Positions 26,101 through 34,810 of a DNA stretch of 64,000 nucleotides are shown in pieces. The stretch is from Tubiluchus corallicola (Eukaryota; Animalia; Priapulida): the NCBI GenBank assembly GCA_030141605.1, contig JAQGDQ010002371.1:620001-684000 (forward strand). The letters run 5' to 3'. Every line of letters starts with the position of its first letter. Within the stretch, counting starts at the first letter, position 1. The notes under the pieces are model-generated. The model was given only the letters and a program-made list of their open reading frames with translations. It was not told where the DNA came from and ran no database searches. The translations under genes and the position numbers were made by a program.

Positions 26101-26378
26101 CTGCTTCTGGGAATCTTATAAATGAAAGTATTGATTTTGATGTACAACCTCATGAATTAGCAACATTGAGAAGGGCTTCGATAACTCCTAGTCTAATGTC
26201 TGCATCACTTGACTTGGAAGATAACATGCAGCATGACGCCCGTACTTTGGATGCAGAGGTTACTGTGCACCAAGAAAGCAGTGCAGTAAGCAGTAGCAGT
26301 GCTGGAGTAGATAATTTAGCTTATGTACCAGAAAGTGATTCACCAAATGCTGTTAAACACAAGCCACCAAAATCGTAA
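11105..26378 (+). CDS. CngB: Cyclic nucleotide-gated cation channel beta subunit (CngB/TAX-2/CNGB1-3-like), 20 coding exons, ~1061 aa
   Basis: Exons 11105-11217, 11573-11760, 13236-13440, 14513-14652, 14755-14919, 15398-15606, 15943-15993, 16300-16386, 17435-17628, 18006-18147, 18631-18790, 19250-19347, 19874-19957, 20231-20349, 22474-22620, 22798-22921, 23040-23181, 23819-23920, 25278-25385, 25771-26378; all GT-AG, one continuous frame (3186 nt). S4 MLRLPRLLK; beta-type pore [16 protein letters not shown] lacking the alpha-subunit pore Glu; S6 [18 protein letters not shown]; C-linker; [14 protein letters not shown]...[19 protein letters not shown]. The first three exons and the low-complexity tail exons rest on splice phase only, so they are less certain. 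Confidence 0.93.
12402..12454. promoter_or_regulatory. Pair of RFX X-box-like motifs in a CNG beta intron
   Basis: ATTACCATGGCAAC (12402-12415) and GTTGCCTGGGCAAT (12441-12454) versus consensus GTTRCCATGGYAAC. Confidence 0.5.
14117..14250. repeat. Compound (GGT)n/(GAT)n microsatellite, intronic
   Basis: Direct reading; explains the spurious poly-T/I/P/S ORFs on the - strand. Confidence 0.95.
16631..17197 (+). mobile_element. Internally deleted Tc1/mariner-superfamily DNA transposon relic
   Basis: Degenerate TIRs (tcaggtagcacagaaaaaatgtac vs reverse complement ttaggtggcatataaaaatgtgc). Residual transposase C-terminal peptides EKVYVG and [10 protein letters not shown] (16979-17008) resemble the CIxxNGGHxEH end of Tc1/mariner transposases. 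Confidence 0.65.
21338..21844. mobile_element. Tc1/mariner (pogo/Tigger-like) MITE, 507 bp, TA target-site duplication
   Basis: TA|cagtgttccttcactacttcgcgg ... cctgcgataagtgagggaacactg|TA; internal repeat ctacttcgcgg near both ends; no coding capacity; lies in a CNG beta intron. Confidence 0.85.
24078..25117. mobile_element. Degenerate hAT-like non-autonomous element with CAAGTC/GAGTC subterminal repeats
   Basis: Starts caatgttgtaactc; dense caagtc/gagtc repeats at ~24100-24270 and ~24985-25110, a pattern typical of hAT subterminal regions. No 8-bp TSD visible. Confidence 0.5.
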
Positions 26379-27628
26379 TTCACTTTTCTATGGGATTTGT
26401 AAGGTGTGACATCCACTATTAATATTAAGATAACGTAATTTTTTTTATTTGCAACAAAAATAAGTAATTATGAGGTGACTTAATATTGTACAATTAAGTC
26501 TTTTCTGTCCACAAAGTTAGTGTATAAAATTAAGTATGATGTTCGTCACATTTATTTTCAGGCACTTTTCAAGTTTTAAATCTGCAAATCATGTCTTTTT
26601 GCTTTTACCTCGTTTTGAATTAAAGCATGACAAACTAATACACTCATGTTTTTCTACTTTTTTTGGAATTCCGTGATCACTCCTTAATCCTATATTCCAA
26701 TATGCAACTAATACGTGAAATTTAAAAAAGTTTACCATTGAACCATGTGTGCTCATGCATAACCTGACACCCATGAAACAACATTGTTATACATTAAAAC
26801 CGAGCATTTTGGTAAACAACTTTTGAATAATTTATTAAATAAGGGATTACTCGTACGCAAGCACAAGATCTAAATACATTCACACATCTAACACAAGGTA
26901 AACCACAGGTAAAATCACAAAGTAGAACAGAAGAGGACAGGATTAAATCGAGCTGGCAATAGTGACACATCTTATACAATATACACAGTGGCATACAAAC
27001 TGGGTACCAAAATAATTATTTTACAAGGTATATTTAAAATTAGCTTAGGAAGCTTACAAAAGATAAAATAACATTACAAAATTGTATTGTTTTGGTGACA
27101 ATAATATAGTACATGTATAAACTATAAACAGTCTGCAATAGTAGGAAAACAAAAACAGAAACTTTCAAGGGATACTTGACTTGAGGACATTACACCTTAG
27201 CAAGGCTATACATAAATTGTCTGCAAAAAATTAATTTTTATACAGCAACAACCAGACAGCTCAAAAGTTTTCAATTCTTTAAACTGTGTTCATTTATCTT
27301 TGATCACAAAAATACTTTGGACTGTAAATGAATTACTCTCTGTTCAAGTGCTTTTTGCATAAGTAACAGTTTTCACTTTTATGACACTTTAATTACGTTA
27401 AAAAATTTAAATTCATTCTGCTTATGCTATCTGAATCAATTTGTGATGTTTAACATTTAAACATGTTAGCTAGTGATACTTTGGTTTATCAATGTGCTAT
27501 GAAACAAATGCAAATGAACTGCCAGTTTTCATTTAATGAAATAAGCTTCTGATGTTTGTTTTTGAAAAGTTTTGACATTTACCATGCAATTTTTACAATC
27601 ATGTTCATAACAAACAAACATAATGACA

Positions 27629-29434
27629 CTATACAGAAGTTGCCCAAGAGACAGGCCGTTCTTTTTTGCCTTCATTATGCTTTTCTATTAGTTTTGTCCG
27701 GCCTTCACTTTCAACTACCGGATTTTGGTTTTTACCGAGCGATGCATCCAGTGGAACATTAGCATCAACTTCCTCCCGCCACAAGTGATCAGTTTTTTGT
27801 CCATCAGAAAACTCTTCCTCATGTGTGTAGTAAGTGATTTCTCGTCTTTTCCAGAAAATGGCTATTAGTATTGCCAACAACACAGCAATGACCATAACTG
27901 CAATTGCAACTCCAAGTCTTGCATCCATGTTTAAGCGTTTAGCTCTAAACACCATAGGGCATGTCGCAATATGACTTGCATTCAAATTTCTGATGTACAT
28001 CCCAGCATACTCTGCAGGTGTTGCACATTTTAAGCAAGTGATGTGTTTTGGATCAGAAGTACAGTTAACTGGATACAATTCCTGAATCCACTCATACACC
28101 GGACGAATTACACAGTTACAGTGCCATGGGTTATCGCTAAGAGAAACACTAACTGTCTTTAATTCATCAACAAGGTCAACATCAAGTTGAAAAAATGAGT
28201 TGCCACTCAGGTCTATATGGCAAGAATACACAGAAAGGTCTTTTACAATCTTTGGATCAAAAGTTGATAGGTTATTGTTCCTGAGAATAAGTTGACTCAG
28301 TCTTAGAATGTATGGAATGGAACTGCGTGGCAGCTCACTCAAGCTGCAGTTTGTAAGGTTAAGCACCACTAGCTCTGATAACATATTGAGCAAAAGGTCT
28401 AGTTTTTCTACATCAAGCTGATTTCCACTTAAGTCTATCTCTTCCAACCTACCAGAAATCGGTGCAAGAATGTTGGGATCAATTTCATCCCAATTGTTAT
28501 AAGCAAGGGATATACTTCGAGTCGTCAAACCTTCCAGAGAACTGGGTAGGATACCTTCACTGAGCCTGTTATGAGACAAGCTCAGCACATCTAAACTGAG
28601 TCCCTCAAATAAGTTATCAGGAATGCTAATTAGTTCATTATCATCAAGGTACAGCTCTTTTAACATCTTCAGACGTTTGGAGAAAACTCCTTTTTTAAAC
28701 GGATGCAGCCGATTACTGCTTAAGTTCAAATACTCAAGATTTGCCATATATTTGAATGTGTCCTCGTGTATGCCAGTTAAATTACAATTGCTTGCGTGTA
28801 GTTTCCTTAAACTATGTTGCACATCAAGGAACACATCTTTGTCTAAATACCTTATCGGATTATCATTGAGAACTAGTGTTTCCAAATTATTTAGCTCCAA
28901 GAAGAATCTTGCGGGAAGCAAGTGAAGATCATTTCTGCCCATATTTAGGTACCGAAGTTGGGGCAGTGGTGCAAATTGTCCAGAAGCTATCTCTGATATA
29001 TTATTACTATACAAGTTCAAATGTGTCACCAAAGAAATGCCAATCAGTTTCTTTTCACTGATGTGAGAAATGTTATTATAACTTAAATCTAACACCACGC
29101 AGCTGGATAAACCATAGAATGCATACTCTGCAATGCCATTAAGATTAGAATGTGTAATACGAAGCTGCTCGATGTTTGGATACTTTCTAAATGTCGCCTT
29201 TGGAATGCCATGAATGTAGTTGGAGCCGTTTTCGGGTGCACCGATTGTAAGTATATTCGTCCGAACATCAAACCCCTGTGGGATACTAGTCAGTCCACCT
29301 TTAACACATAGTGTTTGATGCCTTCTATTTTCCACAATGCTGCATTCACATTCTGCTGGGCACTTGAAGCAACAAACCTGCTTCTTGCTGATTGTCAGCA
29401 AAATGACGATCATCAATGTTAGAAATCCCGCCAT
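27629..29434 (-). CDS. Leucine-rich-repeat type I transmembrane protein, 601 aa (signal peptide, LRRNT, multiple LRRs, LRRCT, TM helix, short tail with class I PDZ motif)
   Basis: Uninterrupted ORF with hydrophobic N-terminus, CPAECEC cap, repeated LxxLxLxxN units, NPWHCNC...C LRRCT, TM LGVAIAVMVIAVLLAILIAIFW and C-terminal ATSV. A - strand splice acceptor (gtgtttcag, CAG at 29462-29464) 27 nt upstream of the ATG suggests a non-coding upstream exon. Confidence 0.93.
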   Translation of the reverse strand: MAGFLTLMIVILLTISKKQVCCFKCPAECECSIVENRRHQTLCVKGGLTSIPQGFDVRTNILTIGAPENGSNYIHGIPKATFRKYPNIEQLRITHSNLNGIAEYAFYGLSSCVVLDLSYNNISHISEKKLIGISLVTHLNLYSNNISEIASGQFAPLPQLRYLNMGRNDLHLLPARFFLELNNLETLVLNDNPIRYLDKDVFLDVQHSLRKLHASNCNLTGIHEDTFKYMANLEYLNLSSNRLHPFKKGVFSKRLKMLKELYLDDNELISIPDNLFEGLSLDVLSLSHNRLSEGILPSSLEGLTTRSISLAYNNWDEIDPNILAPISGRLEEIDLSGNQLDVEKLDLLLNMLSELVVLNLTNCSLSELPRSSIPYILRLSQLILRNNNLSTFDPKIVKDLSVYSCHIDLSGNSFFQLDVDLVDELKTVSVSLSDNPWHCNCVIRPVYEWIQELYPVNCTSDPKHITCLKCATPAEYAGMYIRNLNASHIATCPMVFRAKRLNMDARLGVAIAVMVIAVLLAILIAIFWKRREITYYTHEEEFSDGQKTDHLWREEVDANVPLDASLGKNQNPVVESEGRTKLIEKHNEGKKERPVSWATSV

Positions 29435-31464
29435 GCTTCTTCCTCATTCATAGTTTATAACCTGAAACACAGAATAGGTTAGCTTTCTCTCGCAGCTTAA
29501 TTATTTCTGATGAAGCGATTGCGTTTATTAGTTTTACTATGTTTGTCCACTCCCACCAAATTCCAAACTTACGTTTGTTGACGGAGAGAGTAATAAACAT
29601 TCTCTTAATAAACATCCACTTACTCGGCAAGACGCCAATTCTCATTCTCGTAAAAGGAAAAATGCCAGAGCATCGTATCAATTTTGAAATATCGTGATAG
29701 AAACAAGAACGACACTGACAAAAACTCAAAGAGAGTACCCAAATGTAAAGCAGTTTTCTTTATAATAGCTAACAGCGAGACTATAAAGTTTAATCTACGT
29801 ATAATGCACTATGCTTGTGTCTGGACGTAATTCTAAATGCGCTAGAAACCGGGCAACACTTCACAAATCATTTTACATTCCTTGAAGCGAAAGCGGCCAT
29901 CATGCTTAACAGCTGTTGCAGCTTTCTTCACTTTGAGCGTCATAAAGGTTTGAACTTTAGAAATTTAGGTTAACTCATTATGCGTAAAGTGGCTGTAGGT
30001 CATGATCAATTAGGCTATTAATTATATGATAGTTTAATTTAATACATAAATTTTTATTTAGTACAAAAAAGAACGAGCGCTGTTCAGTAACAACTCGCCC
30101 CAAGTGGGATTTCACCATCGTCTTCTATATCTAAACAGACATGCCACGCGCGATATCTGATTTAGCAAGCGGACGATTTTAGGCTCTGCATAAATAATCA
30201 AACAACAGTAGCTTTCTGTTTAAGTGTGGCTGAAGCCAAGTTATTGCGGATTCATTATAGCACCACGATGCCTGACCTTGGTTGATTGAATAAAACAGGC
30301 CTTGGTTATGTCCATGTGCACAAAACTGACTTAGCATTTGAAACATCGCTTTACGCAAATTGAAAAGGCTGTATTGTAGTTTCAGAGTGATGGAACGTAT
30401 ATATAAGCGTTATGTAACTCTGTCTTACAGGCGGGATACGTTGATCATTTAATGTGAAGATGATGAGGCTGGTAAGACCTGCATATTATGTATTTGCTAA
30501 CAATTCAGTAATAAAAACCTACACACCAGTAAAGCAGTTATCGGTATTTATTTAGGACCTAATTATGTAATAACGAGGGTCTGTACCTAAAAGAAAATCT
30601 GTACTCACATACTCATGGCATTAAGCACGTAATCCGAAGATTCCTAGTTCAAATTCAAACTGAGCCTAGTTCTTCTCATTTCGATCATTTCGGCGTCCTA
30701 ACGTTTGATTTCAAAAATCCAGAAACTAAAGACATGCATTGTTATTTAATATTGATATTAAGGTCATTAATAGTTGCCTATTTCTAAAAATCTCATTTTT
30801 TGACACATTTGGCAGTACATTTTGCTGTGTTAATGTGGATTGGTATTGTTTTAGCCACTAATTAGTTTTTTAGTTTTGTGCTTTCACGACAACGTAGAGC
30901 CCTAGCAGTATTTAAAAGCTATGCTGTGCGCTCAAAATAATAGTGTTGCTCAAATGTTGATCTCTCTAGACTACCGAAGTCTGTAACTCACAATAAACTT
31001 CACAAAACTGAAGATATTTCTGCTACATCGCCTTGCAGAACGTCGCCATAAAACACTGCCCTATTGATCGTCTACATTTAAAAGCCAGCACATTTCTCAA
31101 ATTTTACTCAGAAACATTGCTGAAGCCATGTATATTGTCTGCACATTCCTCGACGTTTGCTTCAATATTTATCTTGTTTATTTTCAATTCGGATTCAACG
31201 AGTATTTGGAAAACTTATGCCGTCTGATAATAATATTAATAGACAGAATTATTAATTTGCCAGCTGGCGGTGTGATACAAGTCACGAGTCATTCGAAATT
31301 AATGTATAATTGGCCTAGATTTGATAGTCAGTCATGCAAGCAGCTGAGAATTGTTATAAGAACTCGAATTTCATGGCGTAACTTTTTAAGAGATTGCTTA
31401 TGAAGCCACTTTTATCGTAATACGTTTCATTGTATGTATTATAAAATTGATTCAATTGCCTTAA

Positions 31465-31669
31465 GTGGCATTTATCTGGCATCCGGAATGCGTTACGCAT
31501 TATCCACTTACGAAATAGCAGCGTATAAAAATCAATAGGAAATAGCTGCAGAAAAAATAACGCATAACGCAGGTCTGATAAACGGGTGCGTTGAAAACAA
31601 TATAAGCCAATTTTGTCTAGTCCGCATTCGCATAATGCATATGCATTCCGGATGCCAGGTAAACGCCAC
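31465..31669 (+). mobile_element. MITE copy 1 (205 bp), TIR gtggcatttatctggcatccggaatgc, flanked by TTAA on both sides
   Basis: ttaa|gtggcatttatctggcatccggaatgc ... gcattccggatgccaggtaaacgccac|ttaa. TIR style is Harbinger-like, but the TSD can be read as TTAA or TA, so the superfamily is uncertain. Confidence 0.85.
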
Positions 31670-31845
31670 TTAAGTTGACGTAGAGTTTTTAGGTAATCCA
31701 ATTATGTTTGCCTCTTTTATTAACAATCTTTTAAATTTTAGCCTTTTGATATTTTGTCGGATTTTGAAGCTGAAAATCGGTGTCAATTAGGAAGAAAAAA
31801 GGAAAGCAAATAAAACCACTACGCCTAGTGATTTACTTTATTAAA

Positions 31846-32037
31846 ATGGCGTTTAGCTAGCATCAGGAATGCGCATGCGTTGTAGATGAGGAATAGATAA
31901 AATCGGTTTATATTGTTTTCAATGTACCCTTTCATCAGACCTGTGTTATGCGTTAGTTTTTCTGCAGCTATTTCCTATTTTTATGCGCTGCTATTCCGCA
32001 GATGGATAACGCATAACGCATTCCAGGTAAACGCCAT
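31846..32037 (-). mobile_element. MITE copy 2 of the same family, inverted relative to copy 1
   Basis: Internal atcagacctgtgttatgcgttagtttttctgcagctatttcctatt is nearly the reverse complement of copy 1 internal aataggaaatagctgcagaaaaaataacgcataacgcaggtctgat; ends atggcgttta...gtaaacgccat. Confidence 0.85.
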
Positions 32038-34525
32038 TTAAGGCTTTTTTTAATTAAATTAGCACCACGAATTTGAATGAATAAACAGCGGAAGTTAGTT
32101 GATTAAATATATTCGCGAGTTTTATTAATCTATCGTCACATGTTCACTCCTCAACTTCACAATTGTATGAAACTAATTACGGCTGCTATTATATTGTCAT
32201 TTATTTATCAATCTTCATCAAAAAATAATTATCATTTGGCTGATCACACTGGTGGATATGCTCGGAAACGTATACGCTAATTTACCCCACCAAATCATTT
32301 TTTATAATTAACTTTTCGACTAGTTATTGATCATAAAGTAATAAAAGAGGGGGTTAGATTGCTTATTGCCATAAGCAGCTACAGCTTGAGGACGCGTTGT
32401 ATAATACACAAGAATATTGTTGTCACAGATACAGCTTTATATTTACCCCCAAATGAAATAGCATTTATATATACATAGAGACTGAGTAAACATCGTGTCA
32501 TGTTTTCTTTACCAATCCAAGTCATCTACTGACTAATTACAGTAACACTGCCTATATGTGTTACACCTCTGAACATGCATGATACATGTCCACAATAGGG
32601 TTATATTGTCCCAAATCTTCGCAACTTCAAATTCCCACAGTTAAAGAATGTGCCTGCGTAGCTAATGCTTGTCAGAGAAATTTTTCTGACAGTTTTTCCT
32701 GTCTAAATTTTTTAGGTAGCAGGTGCTATCGAAACAGTATGTTCAATTCTCTTCAATGTTTAAAAGGTAATGAGTTGAACTGTTTACTGTTTTGTTGCAA
32801 CGCAGTAGACTTTTGAATCTTCGAGCTGTTATCTGTGACTTGAATTCTGATTTGCCGCGAGCATTCTTTCACGTCGGATATTTTCCAACATTGCCGTGAG
32901 ATTTTAGTTAGTGAAACTTAAAGCAACAGAGCAGTCACGCAGTCAGACATACTATAATCAGATTGCACAGATATTTCTCAAAAGCTAGATTCCAGAAAAG
33001 CGCACACTAACATACAAACTACTACACATACTTTTCAACAGCACTCAGGCACAAAACAGATCACTGTTTGAAAACCTAACATGCTCTTTTTCTTGTTCTC
33101 ACAATTATTTTTTACACAACTGTATAATTGATTTGCCTTTATTTCGAAAGTAAACTTGACAAGGGCTAACAGGTTAGAAAAACTATTAGTTGGTTTTTAG
33201 GAGCATTCCATGCAACAAACGAAAAGCATGTGTGTTTGTGTGTAAATTTAACCCTTTCAACACGGTATGTACAAATCGGTTATGAATTATATTTTTGCTG
33301 ATGCATTTTTTATTCATTACAACAAGTTTCTTATACTGATATCAGTAATGAAACTAGCCTATAATTCAATTGAAATTTTGAACTGTGAACTGAGCAACAT
33401 CGGTATTTCTGTCATTTTTTCAGACAGGGAATGATCTGCAAAAAAAACAAACATTTCAAATCTCGTTGCATCTTAACTTTTTCAAACAGCAAAAAATGCA
33501 GTATCAGAAAAAATAGCCAAAAAAAATCACAAACTTTTGTCATTATGGTGTACTGAGTCAGGATTTTCAAATGCAGAAAAAGCTTTCTTATAACAAAATT
33601 AGGGAATACTTTTTGTGTTTAAACTTAAAAATGGTGATTGCAAACTTTTCGACAATTAAAATTGCGTTAATCTGGCCCTTTTTCCACATATACAATAAGT
33701 GACTTTGTTTCTGTACACGTAGTTGAATTGTGTTAAGTGTTAGCAATAATTAAAATTTATTTTTATTATAGTAAATAGCACGGTCTTTTCATTTCTGCTA
33801 GCAGCGAGAGAGTGAAAGGGTAAACAATACACTAACAACACCTTACAACAGCTCAATCCTTACTGCTCACGAGCAATTACACGAATGACAATCAGGAAGC
33901 TTTATTGGCCTCTGAAGATACACAGCACTCCATAGTCAACATTAATGAAGAAGTCGTATGATATACGCTCGCATTAGAACGACATTTATTGCCAGAATAT
34001 GTATATTTATATCTTTAGAAACGACTGTCTCTACGGGATAGGAGCAATTGATGAGGTAGATGATGGGGTATAGATGAGATACATGTATAATCGAGCAGAT
34101 TAATCATTAACTACATGAAACAGTCAAGAGTATAAATTACGTGGAATTGATTTAAAGAGAAATTAGTTTAATTCCACAATCTTAAGTTTATAACTGCTCT
34201 TCAAAGTCCTCATTATGAATGTTTTGAGCCAATGTAGTTTACAGTATCTTCATATTTGTACAGTTTTCTTAATTCCCTTTCATACTTAAACAGTTTCCTA
34301 TAGGCTATAGTATTTCAGACTATTTGGACTGAGATTGTTTGCTTGGTTATTTTGTGATGTTAGTCAACCGGATCACGTTAAAACAGTTTACCGAAACTCA
34401 AACCAACTTTAGAATTAATCTCAAGTAAAATGAGTTAAATTTCTACAATCACTTCTTAGTAATCAAAATGAGCACTTTTCTTTGATGGCAATGTTACTAA
34501 TATGAAACCTATTGTACAATCCTAA

Positions 34526-34810
34526 AAGAAGAAGAAGAAGAAGAAGATTGCCTCATTCCCAATGGCGTAAGAATAAATGGTCATGACAGCTATTATTCGT
34601 AACCTCAACACGTAAGGAGGACAGTGGTAAGCCAACCCCCCCCTTCCCCATTACCTAACCAGGTACCCAATTAAGGCTGAGTAGACCCACGAAATATGAC
34701 CAGAGAGCCACTGTTAGAGTGGAATAGCTCGAAAAACACAAACACCGACATACGTCAGATTCCGATTCTGAATCGACTGCCAACCACCGTATCACTTCAT
34801 CACCCGCCGT
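34526..34810 (-). mobile_element. SINE-like retroposon with a Nin/Deu-type core and (CTT)n tail
   Basis: On the - strand, gtctactcagccttaattgggtacctgg (34659-34686) resembles the conserved SINE core GTCCACCCAGCTGTAAATGGGTACCTG; its 3' end is a (GAA)n tract at 34526-34547. The tRNA-like head is degenerate. Confidence 0.55.

Noticed and set aside
28623-29271. Alternative-frame and antisense ORFs over the LRR gene (likewise over the tubulin exons)
   Set aside because: Shadows of real coding sequence with no independent features.
30090-30670. tRNA-like B-box fragments (also near 8340, 34975 and 39340)
   Set aside because: No cloverleaf; at best decayed tRNA-derived SINE heads, not tRNA genes.
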